Below, piece by piece: positions 21,264 to 31,733 of a stretch of 64,000 nucleotides of DNA (the stretch's first letter is position 1; each line of letters begins with the position of its first letter). This stretch comes from an uncultured delta proteobacterium (GTDB lineage: Bacteria > Myxococcota_A > UBA9160 > SMWR01): contig CAWHTE010000004.1 in assembly GCA_963832165.1 (NCBI GenBank), forward strand, positions 160,001 through 224,000. The letters are read 5' to 3'. Position numbers and translations under genes: made by a program. The notes under the pieces were generated by a model. That model ran no database searches, was not told the DNA's origin, and saw only the letters and a program-made list of their open reading frames with translations.

Positions 21264-23308
21264 CTACTCGTCTTCGCCTTCGAGGTCGAGCTGCTTGCGC
21301 TGTTGATCGGCCCGCTCGCGCGCCCGCTGCCGCTCGCGCTCGATCTCCGCCTGCAGCGCGCGCCGGATCTCCTCGTTGCGCTCGCGCTCCCGGTCGAGGC
21401 GCTGCTGGCGCGCGATCAGCAGGCAGTCCTCGAGCAGCCGATTGCGCTGCACGACCAGGTCGACGGGCAGCTCGGGGTCCTTGGCACCGTCGACGAGTGA
21501 TACCTCGATGCGGCGCTCGGCCTTTGCGCCTTCTTCGGCCAGCGCCGTCGCGCGGATCGTGTTGGCGCCCGGCTCGAGCGCGAGAAAACCCGCCCACGAG
21601 CCGTCTGCGGCGAGCCGGAACGGGCGCGCCTCGACGCGCGTCTTCGCCTGCACGAGTGTGACCTTCTCGACGTCGGCGAAGCGGACCTGCTCGACGATGT
21701 CGGCGAGTTCGCCCGGCGTGCGCACGGGGGTGAAGTAGCCGTGCGTGCGGCTGGCCATCTCCACGGCCGCGATCGGACCCGCGAGTGCCTCGGGCCCGAT
21801 CGCAAACGAGTGGATTCGGATGTTCGCGCGCTGCGCGCGGTTCGCGGCGCGCAGCACGGCGCGCACGTTGTCGGCTTCGCGATCCGGGTACGGCAGCGTC
21901 GGCTGCCCGTCCGTGAAGAAGAACACGACCTTCTCGTGGTCCGGCTCCGGCTTCGATCGCGCGCCGCGGAAGCCCATCAGCTCGATCGTGGCTTGATCGA
22001 CGCCGGCGGACATGTGGGTGTTGCCGTTCGGTCCGGTGTTCAACAGCTCGTCGAGTCCGCGCTCGATCGCGGCGAAGTCGCGCGTGAGCGCTGCAACCGT
22101 GAATGCGGGCTTGCGCGTCGAACCCGAGCCGGGCGGCTCGCCCGCGAACGCCACGAGACCGACGCGAGTGCTGCGCGGATCGAGGCCCGCGAGCACGCGC
22201 CTCGCGGCAGCCACTTCCGCGGCGAGGATCGAGTCGCCCTTGTCGGTGAGACCCGCACCGACCGCCGCTCCGAGCTCTCCGAATACCGGCTCGCCGATCT
22301 CGCCATTGCCGTTCACGTCGGTTCCGGCCGCATCGAGCGTCGAGCGCGAGGTGTCGATCACGACCATCACGTCGAAGCGGCGCGGCGCCCCGCGTGTCGC
22401 TTGCGCGCGGCCGGCCACGAAGGTCCCGCACACGGTCGACGACACCTGGGCGCCCTCGCGCGGGTACTCGATCGATAGATCGAGGTTCGTGGCCTTTCCG
22501 GCGGTCGGCTGGATCAAGGGGCGGCGAGGCGCTGGTGCGGCGGGCTTCGCGGGTGCGTCCGTCTTGGCCGCGGCAGGTGCAGGCGCCGCGTCGCGAACGC
22601 GGCGAAGCGGCGGCCCTTGCCACCGTCGAGCGGTTCGCGCAGCGCGTCGATGACTCCGCCGATCGGCGCCGCGAGCACGCTCGTCACTCCGTCGCCGGGC
22701 ACCGCGGCCTCGACGATGCCCACGACGTGATTCGTATCGGCCGCGAGCACGGGCGCGCCGCCCCAGCCTTCGAGAGAGCCCGCACGGTCGAGCTGAATCT
22801 GGATCCGCTCTGCGGTGGACGCGGTGACCGTGCCGAGCAGCTCCTGCTCGTGTTTCTTGCCCTCGCCGGGCCCGAGCACGCGCACGCGTGCGCCCGACGC
22901 GATCAGGCCCCGCGTATCGGCCGCGAGCGCGCGCACGCCGCGCGGCTTGGCCGTGAGCAGAAACACCGCGTAGTCCTCGCGTACCGTTCCTTCGGCGGCG
23001 TTGAAGGGTCGACCCGGCGCGACGGCATAGCGCTCCGACACCGCGACCTGCGCGAGCGAGCCGGGCAGTGCGAGCTCCATTCGCTGCGCGCGCGCGAGTG
23101 CCTCGGGCGCGGTCGTGTGCGCGGTGCCCACCGCCACCATGCCGGCCGCCACCTTGGCCTCGAGGAAGAACACGACGCCGCGAGCATGGGCGGGGGAACT
23201 CCCGATCCGCGCGAGGCCCGGACGTGCGATTGCGGGCGCTTCGGCGCTCGACGCGGCAGTGGCGAGCAGTCCCGTGACCGCCGCTGCCAGGAACGTGAAA
23301 CCTCGCAC
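21264..23308 (-). CDS. Exported protein: degenerate trypsin-like domain + VWA domain + C-terminal coiled coil (frameshift ~22592)
   Basis: Signal peptide, GTAH...DYA...GWGGAPV, Pro/Ala linker after a 1-nt shift, VIDTSRS MIDAS, FFTDG. Confidence 0.65.
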
Positions 23309-23511
23309 CAGCCCTCCACAGCCAATCGGCACACGCGGCTCGCAACCGCGCGTGATACGATCGGCGAAACCACCCCCCACCTGAACGCGAGAAGCCCAGC
23401 GAGACTGCCTCCCGCCCGGTCCTCGAGACCGCGGTTGATGGTGCGTTCAGTGCCCCGAGCCTACCTCCGCCCGATGCGCGCGCGAGGATAAGCGAGATCG
23501 GCAAGAGCGCT

Positions 23512-24400
23512 GTGGACGGCGGAGAGGCGACGCTCGAAACGGGTACGAGCTCCGCGTTGCCCGAGGGCATGCGCCGCGCGCTCGGCGCGCTGCGCGCAGA
23601 GGGCGCGCCCTTGTCGCCCGTCGAGCTCGCGCGCCGGCTGCTCGCCCTCGACGGCGTGCCTTCGGCACCGATCGCACGGCGTCTGGTCGCGGGCCTGCTC
23701 GGCGCGCGGGCCGAGTCGCTCCCGGAGGAGATCCCGCCGCGCGCGCTGCGACCCGCCGAGGAGAGCGCGGTGGCCGCGACGCCGCTCGCGCAGGCCGGCT
23801 TCGTGGTCGTCGACGTCGAGACCACCGGGCTCTCCAGCGCGCGCGATGTGATCATCGAGATCGGCGCGGTGCGCGTCGAGTGCCTGTGCGCCACGTCGCA
23901 GATTCGAAACCCTGGTCCGGCCCCCGGGACCGGGCCCGCTCTCCGCGGCGATCATCGCGCTCACGGGGATCGACGACGCGCTGCTCGCGCCGGCTCCGCC
24001 CGCACACCGCGCGCTCGCGCGATTTGCGAGCTGGCTCGGCGAGGCGCACGGCGCGCCGTGGGTGGCCCACAATGCGCGCTTCGACAGCACGTTCCTGCGC
24101 CGCGCGTTCGAGGGGCAGGGCGCGCGCGCACCGGCCGTCGCGGTGCTGTGTACCCAGCGGCTCGCGCGGCGTCTGTTGCCGCGGCTCGGTCGCTACGACC
24201 TCGACCACGTCTGCGCGCAGTTCGGCGTGGGCAACCGCGCGCGCCACCGCGCGCTCGGCGACGCCGAGGCCACCGCGCGCGTGTGGATCGAGCTGCTCGG
24301 TGTGGCCGCTGCGCGCGGCGTCGAGACGATTGGCGATCTGCTCGATCTCCAGGAGACGCCGGTGCGCCGCCGACGTCGCCGGCGCTCGTCCACGGCCTAA
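23512..24400 (+). CDS. DEDDh 3'-5' exonuclease (DnaQ-like), frameshift ~23900
   Basis: VVVDVETTG...IIEIGAV | FETLVRP...LTGID...AHNARFD...HRALGDA. Confidence 0.85.
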
Positions 24401-25014
24401 TCACTCGCGCGCGGAAATTCCTGCTCGCGGGTCTTGTTGCCGCGCTGGTAGACCGCGACTTTGCGCGTCGTTCCGTCCTCGTACCAGCCGGTCCAGGTGC
24501 CGTCGAACGCGCCGCGATCGAACGAGCCCTCCGACTGCTTCTGGCCGTTCTCGTAGTAGGCGATCGCGCGACCGTGGCGCTCTCCGTTGGCGTAGCGCTC
24601 CTCGAAGCGGAGCTGCCCGTTCGGATACCACTCCTTCGAGGTGCCGTGGAGCTCGCCGGCGCGATATTCCTGGCTGCGCGCGCGCGTGCCGTCGGGATAC
24701 CAGACCTCCCAGAGCCCCTCCCGCCGATCGTTCTGATAGGCGCCCGACATCGCAGCTCGTCCGTTCTCGTGCCAGGTCCGATAGGTGCCCTGCATCGCGC
24801 CGTGCTCGAAGTGGGCCTCGACCCGGCGCCGGCTCTGCTCGTCCCAGGCGACGCTCGGGCCGTGCTGGCGCTGTTGCGCATCCTCGCACCACTGGCGCTG
24901 GCCCGCGGGCGGAGCCTCCCCGCGGATCTCGGCGCCGGCAGGGCAAGCCATCTCGCCCGCCAGCGCGAGCTGTGGGAGCGCGAGCGTCCAGAGGAGCGCG
25001 AGCGCGCGACTCAT
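24397..25014 (-). CDS. Exported MORN-variant (YwqK-like) repeat protein
   Basis: Signal peptide followed by repeats G-x-W/Y-x-x-W-Y/H-x-N/D-G. Confidence 0.8.
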   Translation of the reverse strand: MSRALALLWTLALPQLALAGEMACPAGAEIRGEAPPAGQRQWCEDAQQRQHGPSVAWDEQSRRRVEAHFEHGAMQGTYRTWHENGRAAMSGAYQNDRREGLWEVWYPDGTRARSQEYRAGELHGTSKEWYPNGQLRFEERYANGERHGRAIAYYENGQKQSEGSFDRGAFDGTWTGWYEDGTTRKVAVYQRGNKTREQEFPRASD

Positions 25015-25107
25015 GACTCGCGCGACATTGACCGAGACGATGGCGAATCGCAAGCGCAATGGATTCGTCCGATGCGTTACGTTGGCGGCCGTGTCCGGGG
25101 GGAGCGC

Positions 25108-25917
25108 GTGAGACGATTTCCGAGTGCGAACCGGAGCCGGTGCCTCGCTGCTGCCGCGCTCGCACTCGCCATGGCCACGCCCGCGTCGGCCGCGGAGCGA
25201 TTCGACACGGTCGTCATCGACGCGGGTCACGGTGGCTCCGACATCGGCGCGAAGGGCTTCTCGCGCGCGCTCGAAAAGGATGTCGCCCTCGCGGTGGCGC
25301 GGAATCTCGCCGCGCGGCTGCGCGCGCGCGGCTTGAAGGTGGTCATGACGCGCGACGCCGACGTACGCGTCCCGCTCGAGCAACGGACGGCGATCGCGAA
25401 CGACGCGCGCGGCGATCTGTTCGTCTCGATCCACGCCAACGCGTCGCCCGACGCGAGCATCCACGGCAGCGAGACGTACTTCCTCGCACTCGAAGCGAGT
25501 GACTCCGGCGCCGCGGGAGTCGCGCAGCGCGAGAACAGCGCGTTCGCCACGGAGGGCGATCCCGAGATCGATGCGCTGTCGGATCCGTTCATCGCGCTGC
25601 TCGGCGACCTGATCTCGACCGAGCACCTCGACGAATCGAGCGCGTTCGCACAGCGCGTGCAGCAGGAGTTCGGGCGCATGCCCGTGAAGTCTCGCGGCGT
25701 GAAGCAGGCGCTGTTCGTCGTGCTTGCGGGCGTGCAGATGCCCGCCGCGCTCGTGGAGATCGGCTTCGTGACCCATGCCGGTGACGAGGGCATGATGAGC
25801 GGCACCGAGGGGCGGAAGGCGATCGTGGAATCGCTCGAGAAGGCGGTCGTCGCGTTCGGCGAGCGCTACGATGCGCGCCGCGGCCTGGGTTCGACGGCGG
25901 CCCCTGCGGCACGCTGA
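25108..25917 (+). CDS. N-acetylmuramoyl-L-alanine amidase (Amidase_3)
   Basis: VIDAGHGG, EKDVAL, FVSIHANA, ALVEIGF; signal peptide. Confidence 0.9.
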   Translation: MRRFPSANRSRCLAAAALALAMATPASAAERFDTVVIDAGHGGSDIGAKGFSRALEKDVALAVARNLAARLRARGLKVVMTRDADVRVPLEQRTAIANDARGDLFVSIHANASPDASIHGSETYFLALEASDSGAAGVAQRENSAFATEGDPEIDALSDPFIALLGDLISTEHLDESSAFAQRVQQEFGRMPVKSRGVKQALFVVLAGVQMPAALVEIGFVTHAGDEGMMSGTEGRKAIVESLEKAVVAFGERYDARRGLGSTAAPAAR

Positions 25918-25932
25918 GCGTCGGGGTGACAA

Positions 25933-26658
25933 GTGAGGAGCGACGGCCGCGCAGCCGACGCGCTGCGCGCGGTTCGATTCGAGGTGGACTTCACCGAGCA
26001 GCCGCTGTGCTCGGTGCTGTGCCGCGTCGGACGCACGACCGTGCTGTGCACGGTCTGCGAGGAATCCGGCGTGCCGCGTTTCCTCGCGGGCAGCGGGCGC
26101 GGCTGGCTGACCGCCGAGTACTCGATGCTTCCGGGCGCCACCGATACGCGCGGGGAGCGCGAAGCGTCGCGCGGGCGACCCTCGGGCCGGACCCAGGAGA
26201 TCCAGCGCCTGATCGGACGCAGCCTGCGTGCGGTCGTCGATCTCGAAGCGCTCGGCGAGCGCACGCTGTGGGTCGATTGCGACGTGCTCCAGGCGGATGG
26301 CGGGACGCGCTGCGCCTCGATCACGGGCGCTTCCGTGGCGCTCTCGATCGCGGGGGCGCGGCTCGTCGCGCGCGGCGCGCTCGCGCGCAACCCCGTGCGC
26401 GACTCGGTGTCCGCGGTGTCGGTCGGAATCGTGAAGGGCGAGCTGCTGCTCGACCTGCCGTACGCGGAAGACGCGGGCGCCGAGGTCGACATGAACGTGA
26501 TCGCGACCGGCGCGGGGCGATTCGTGGAAGTGCAGGGAACCGGGGAGCAGGGCACGTTCTCGCCCGACGAGCTCGCGAGGCTCACCGAGCTCGCGCTGCG
26601 CGGCACCGCGGAGCTCGCGCGCTTGCAGGCGCGCGCGGTCGCGGGGGCAGCGGGTTGA
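25933..26658 (+). CDS. rph: Ribonuclease PH
   Basis: GWLTAEYSMLP, SGRTQEIQRLIGRSLR, DCDVLQADGGTR, EVQGTGE. Confidence 0.95.
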   Translation: MRSDGRAADALRAVRFEVDFTEQPLCSVLCRVGRTTVLCTVCEESGVPRFLAGSGRGWLTAEYSMLPGATDTRGEREASRGRPSGRTQEIQRLIGRSLRAVVDLEALGERTLWVDCDVLQADGGTRCASITGASVALSIAGARLVARGALARNPVRDSVSAVSVGIVKGELLLDLPYAEDAGAEVDMNVIATGAGRFVEVQGTGEQGTFSPDELARLTELALRGTAELARLQARAVAGAAG

Positions 26659-27816
26659 ACGCTCCTGCCGTGGGCGGCCCCGTGCTCGTGGTCGCGACGC
26701 AGAACCCCGGCAAGCTGCGCGAGATCCGCGAGATCCTCGCAGACGCGCCCGTGTTGCTTCAGTCGCTCGCGGATTTTCCCGAGGTCGCACTGCCCGAAGA
26801 GGGCCATGACTACACCGCGAACGCGGCCGCGAAGGCGAGGGCGGTGGCGCGCGCTACGGGCCGCGCAGCGATCGCAGACGATTCGGGGCTCGAGGTCGAT
26901 GCGCTCGCGGGCGGGCCGGGTCCGCACTCGGCGCGCTACGGCGGGCCCGGCCTCGACGACGCGGGACGCGCCGCGCGTCTTCTGCACGAGATCGCTGCAG
27001 TGCGGAACGGTCGAGCGCGGGGCGCGCTTCGTGTGCGTGGCGGCGCTCGCGACACCCGACGGAGCGGTCGAAACCGCCCGCGGCGAGTGCGAGGGCGAGA
27101 TCCTCGCGGCGCCGCGCGGCAGTGGTGGCTTCGGCTACGACCCGGTGTTCCGGCCGCGCGGCGAAGCGGTCTCGATGGCGGAGCTCTCCACCCAGCGCAA
27201 GAACGAGATCTCGCACCGCGCGATCGCGTTTCGCGCGCTGCGCGCCGGGATCGCGCGCGCGGTGGCAAGCGCCCCCACCACGTTCGTGCTGATCCGCCAC
27301 GCCGAGTCGGTCTGGAACGCGCAGGACCGCTGGCAGGGGCACGCCGATCCGCCGCTGTCCGAGCGCGGCGTCGCGCAGGCGCGGGGGCTGGCGCCGATGC
27401 TCGCCTCCGACCGCGCGGACGCGCTCCTGTGCAGCGATCTCTCGCGCGCGCGCCAGACCGCGGAGATCCTGGGCGCGGCGCTCGGGCTCGCGCCGCGCTC
27501 TGATGCGCGTCTGCGCGAGCTCGACGTCGGATGCTGGGCCGGTCTCACGCGCGCGGAGATCGAGGCACTCGATCCAGAGCTGCTGCGCCACTTCGAAACC
27601 GAGGATCCCGCAGTGCGCGCGGGGGGCGGTGAGTCGCGTGCTGAGATTCGCGCGCGCGTGCGCACCGCATTCCGCGCGCTCGCGAACGAGCATCCGGGCG
27701 CGCGTCTGATCGTCGTGACCCATCTCGGTGTCGTGCGCGCGCTGCGGCCCGGCGCCGAGCTCGAGAACGGCGAGTGGATCTCGGTCTCCGCCGCGGAGCT
27801 ACCCGAACCGGAGTGA
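26655..27816 (+). CDS. rdgB: RdgB/HAM1 non-canonical NTP pyrophosphatase fused to a histidine-phosphatase domain (frameshift ~27005)
   Basis: ATQNPGKLRE, ADDSGLEVDAL, SARY | GFGYDPVF, KNEISHR, then in the same frame LIRHAES, LRELDVG, VTHLG. Confidence 0.8.
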
Positions 27817-28419
27817 GCTCCTGATCGCGCGTGCGTTAGTCGACGCTCGCATACACGACATCCCGGGCATCCCGGGCTCAACGGGGCGCCGGCCGGGGTA
27901 TCCGAGGCGGCGGGGTCTTCCCGGGCCTCCGTCGGGGCGGCCCAGTTTGGGTTGGCGGAGTGGCTTTTTCTTTCCCGACATGCTGCAAGGCATGTGGTTG
28001 GCCATTGACGGTGGGATCTACCCGTGTCACCCGGCCGATCCGTTCGAAAATCGACCGGAATGCGCCCGTCTCATTCTCCGCGCATTTATGTGGAAGCTCC
28101 CGGGTCCGGGAAGTACTTCCCCCGCGCCATGAATTTCGGTGGGGTACGGCTCCGCGCCGCTGGCGGCTATTCGCCGCGGATCGGGGTCGTGCTCCCCGAA
28201 CTCTGCCCGATTCCACCGTCGCCGAAGGGCGGTCACGGCCTTTCGCGGCCGGATGATTTCGGCGGCGGAACCGAGACCTCGGTCTCCTTGCACCGCGTGC
28301 CGCGACCGTCGAAGTCAGTGTACTCCGATGCATCGAGCTTGCAATCGAAATATTCGCGAAATGCACCGCGCGCAGGGTGTGCGGATGCAACGCGAGCGGA
28401 ACTTTGCGGGGAGCGGCTG

Positions 28420-30123
28420 CTACGAGCTCCCGGAGACGTCGAACGGAACCGCACCGCGCCCGCGCAGGGCGTTCTTGAGCAGCTTGCCGGCCGGATTGCG
28501 CGGCAGCAGGTCGTCCGTGAACTCGACGAACTCCGGCACCTTGAAGCTCGCGAGATGTGCCGCGACGTGCGCGCGCACGGCTGCTTCGCCGAGCGCGGAT
28601 CCCGGCACGCGGCGCACGATCGCCTTCACGCGTTCGCCTAGCTCGGTGTCGGGCACGCCGACCACCGCCGCTTCGTCGATCTCCGGATGATCGGCGAGGC
28701 AGTTCTCGATCTCGGTGCAGTACACGTTCTCGCCGCCGCGGATGATCATGTCCTTCGCGCGGTCGACTACGAAGTAGAAACCCTCGGTGTCGCGGTAGCC
28801 GAGATCGCCGGTGTGGAGCCAGCCGTCGCGGACCGCATCTGCGGTGGCGTCGGCGCGGTTCCAATAGCCGGGCGTGATCGTCGGACCGTAGATCAGGAGC
28901 TCGCCGAGCTGGCCGTCGGGCAGCTCCTTGCCATCGGAGTCGATGATCTTCATGTCGAGGATCGGCAGCGGCCGGCCGATCGACGTCTTGCGCTGGAGCA
29001 GGTCCTTGCCGCCGTTGACCGTGGCCACGCCGTGCGTCTCGGTGAGACCGTAGGCGTTCGCGAAGCTCGGCTCGATCGGCAGCACCTCGCGCGCGCGGTC
29101 GATCGTCTCGGGCGGTGTCGGCGCGCCGCCGAACGAGATCCCGCGCAGCGAGGAGAGGTCGTAGTCGCGAACCTTCGGGTGGTGCACCACGCGGTGCAAC
29201 ATGGTCGGGATCGCGCCCCAGATCGAGATCTTCTCGTCCTGGATCAGCTGCAGCACCTCCTCGGCGTCGAACCGGCCGCGGTTGAACACGAGCTTCGAGC
29301 CGATCGTCATCTGCGTACACACGATCGAGTGCAGTCCGCCGACGTGGAAGAGCGGCGACGTGAACAGCGCCGCGGGCTGCGTGCCGCTCGGCGGCAGGAG
29401 CGATCCGCCCGACAAGGCCGCGTTCACGATGTTCGCGAACAGGATCCCGGTAACCTGCGCGATCGTGCCGCGATGGGTCGTGATGCAGCCCTTCGAGCGC
29501 CCCGTGGTGCCCGAGGTGTAGAGGATCACGAACGGATCGTCCTCGTCGATCGCGATCGTGGGCGGCGTGTCGCTCGGCTCGATCAGCTCGTCGATCGGCA
29601 CGGTGCCCGACGGCGCGTGCTCGCCGATGTAGAACACCGTCTCGAGTCCGGAGATCCGGCCGAGCAGCGGCTCGACGCGCGGATACAGGCGTTCGTCGAC
29701 CACGAGGAATCGGCTGCCCGAATCGACGAGCCCGTATTCGAGCTCCTCGGTGGCCCACCATCCGTTGAGACCGACCGCGATGCCGCCCGCAGAGGTGGCA
29801 CCGAACAGTGCGATCATCCAGTCGGGGCAGTTGTAGGACAGGATGGCGACGCGGTCGCCCTTGGCCATGCCGTGGTCGCGCGCGAGCGCGTGGGCGGCGC
29901 CCCAGACGCGGCGCCCGAAATCGCCGTAGGTGAACCGCCGCTCTCCTTGAACGAGGAAGTCGACGTCGCCGCGCGCTGCGGCCGCTGCGACCTTCTCGCG
30001 CAGCGAGCGCTCGCGATTCTTGAACATCTTCATCGCGCGGCCGCGCACGGTCTCCGTGATCACTTCGAACGGGGCACCCGGTCCCGTGAGGCCGCGGACC
30101 ACATCTTCGTAGCGCTGTGTCAT
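28420..30123 (-). CDS. Long-chain acyl-CoA synthetase (class I adenylate-forming)
   Basis: YTSGTTGRSKG, YGLTET, TGDLG, RAKDMIIRGGENV, PRNPAGK. Confidence 0.9.
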   Translation of the reverse strand: MTQRYEDVVRGLTGPGAPFEVITETVRGRAMKMFKNRERSLREKVAAAAARGDVDFLVQGERRFTYGDFGRRVWGAAHALARDHGMAKGDRVAILSYNCPDWMIALFGATSAGGIAVGLNGWWATEELEYGLVDSGSRFLVVDERLYPRVEPLLGRISGLETVFYIGEHAPSGTVPIDELIEPSDTPPTIAIDEDDPFVILYTSGTTGRSKGCITTHRGTIAQVTGILFANIVNAALSGGSLLPPSGTQPAALFTSPLFHVGGLHSIVCTQMTIGSKLVFNRGRFDAEEVLQLIQDEKISIWGAIPTMLHRVVHHPKVRDYDLSSLRGISFGGAPTPPETIDRAREVLPIEPSFANAYGLTETHGVATVNGGKDLLQRKTSIGRPLPILDMKIIDSDGKELPDGQLGELLIYGPTITPGYWNRADATADAVRDGWLHTGDLGYRDTEGFYFVVDRAKDMIIRGGENVYCTEIENCLADHPEIDEAAVVGVPDTELGERVKAIVRRVPGSALGEAAVRAHVAAHLASFKVPEFVEFTDDLLPRNPAGKLLKNALRGRGAVPFDVSGSS

Positions 30124-30184
30124 GAGCTCCTCGCCGTGCGACGCGGAACCACGCTACCACGGGCCGGTGAGCGGCCGCGATGCT

Positions 30185-30673
30185 TCAGGCGCCCTGCGGC
30201 GAGGGGCGCGCGCGGCGGCGCAGGTAGGCGAGCCCCGCGAGCGCGACGGAGGCGCCGGCGGTGTCGAGCACGACGTCGGACGCCGCTCCCGTGCGGGTGG
30301 ACGTCTGCGCCTGGCGCAGCTCGTCGAGCCCCGCGATCGCGATGGCCATCGCGAGCGCCACGGCCGCGCCGCGCATCAACCCCGAGACACCCGACAAGAG
30401 GGCGGCGCGGAACGCGAGCGCCGCGAGCACTGCGTACACGGACGGGTGCGCGAACTTCCGGAGGTTCATCGCGAGTGCGAAATGCTGCTCGGGGGAGCCG
30501 GTCGGCCACAGCCACTGGATCATCGGCAGGAGATAGGCCGACGTAGCCCCCGCGCCGAACGCATCGCTACCGAGCCACCACACGATCACGGCCCAGACCG
30601 CGACGAGCAGCCACGCGAGGGCTACGCGCTCGGGCGGCGCTTCGGTGCCGGGCATGGATTGCACATCGGACAT
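30185..30673 (-). CDS. VanZ-family membrane protein
   Basis: RKFAH..Y, DELRQ...RTG...DV..D motif; hydrophobic helices. Confidence 0.8.
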   Translation of the reverse strand: MSDVQSMPGTEAPPERVALAWLLVAVWAVIVWWLGSDAFGAGATSAYLLPMIQWLWPTGSPEQHFALAMNLRKFAHPSVYAVLAALAFRAALLSGVSGLMRGAAVALAMAIAIAGLDELRQAQTSTRTGAASDVVLDTAGASVALAGLAYLRRRARPSPQGA

Positions 30674-30731
30674 GGGCGATCCGACCTTAGCGCCCGCCGG
30701 GGGGTGGGGTCGGGAGCGGTATCCTGCCGCC

Positions 30732-31733
30732 GTGACGGCCCTCCGCTTCGGTCTCGTGTTCGATCTGCTCGGAACGCATCCGCCGAGACCGGCTGCGCCC
30801 GCGGATCTCGATGCCGAGTACGAGCCCGAGGCGACCGTCGAGCTGCTCGAGGACTCGGTGCGCCGGCTCGGACACGTTCCGGTGCGACTCGGCAATCCGC
30901 ACGCGCTGCTCGCGACGCTGGGCAAGGGCGAGCTTCCGCCGCTCGATGTCGCGCTCTCGATCGCGGAGGGATACGGCAGCCGCAACCGCGAAGCGTGGGC
31001 GCCTGCGCTGCTCGAGATGGCGGGTGTTCCCTGTCTCGGATCCGATGGGCTCTGTCTCTCCGCGTCGCTCGACAAGGCGTGGGCACATCGGCTCGTCGCA
31101 GCGGCCGGCGTGCCGGTGCCGGATCCGCGCGTCGTCGTCTCGGCCGCTCTCGAACGCGGCGCGTGGGAGTTCCCCGTGTTCGTGAAGCCGAGATGGGAGG
31201 GCAGCGCGAAGGGGATCGGCCCTCACTCGCGCGCCGACGATCTGGCGTCGCTCGCGCGCGCCGTGTCGCGCATCGAGCGCGACTACGATCAGCCTGCGCT
31301 CGTCGAACGATTCCTGCCCGGCGCCGAGTACACGGTGGCCGTGGTCGGACACGCGCCGCCACGCGCACTGCCGGCGCTCCAGCGCGCGCTCGAGCCGACC
31401 ACCGGGATCGGCCTGCACGCGGTCGAGCGGCATCCGGCGCCCGCGGGAGGCTGGCGCTCGCACACGCCCGGCGCGCTCGACGCCGCACTCGAGAGCGAGC
31501 TGGCTCGACTCGCGGTGCTCGCGTTCGAGGCGCTCGAATGCCGCGACTTCGCGCGCGCGGACTTCCGCCTCGACGCCGCGGGCCGCCCCCATTTCCTCGA
31601 GATCAATCCGCTGCCGACGTTCGCGCCAGACGGCTCGTTCGCGATCCTGGCCGAGCTCGCGGGCCGCGAGCCGGCGGAGCTGATCGCGGAGGTTCTCGCG
31701 GAGGGGCTGCGGCGCCTGGGGCTCGACCGATGA
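30732..31733 (+). CDS. ATP-grasp ligase, D-Ala-D-Ala ligase-like (non-canonical)
   Basis: IAEG...RE, SLDKAWA, FVKPRWEGSAKGI, VERFLPGAEYTV, ARADFR, FLEINPLP. Confidence 0.85.
   Translation: MTALRFGLVFDLLGTHPPRPAAPADLDAEYEPEATVELLEDSVRRLGHVPVRLGNPHALLATLGKGELPPLDVALSIAEGYGSRNREAWAPALLEMAGVPCLGSDGLCLSASLDKAWAHRLVAAAGVPVPDPRVVVSAALERGAWEFPVFVKPRWEGSAKGIGPHSRADDLASLARAVSRIERDYDQPALVERFLPGAEYTVAVVGHAPPRALPALQRALEPTTGIGLHAVERHPAPAGGWRSHTPGALDAALESELARLAVLAFEALECRDFARADFRLDAAGRPHFLEINPLPTFAPDGSFAILAELAGREPAELIAEVLAEGLRRLGLDR

Noticed and set aside
24397..25014. YwqK-like gene as a toxin-antitoxin immunity gene
   Set aside because: It has a signal peptide and no adjacent toxin; MORN-variant repeats alone do not support the call.
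23512..25917. Apparent exonuclease-amidase fusion ORF
   Set aside because: The frameshift at ~23900 runs the frame through the antisense of the MORN-repeat gene.
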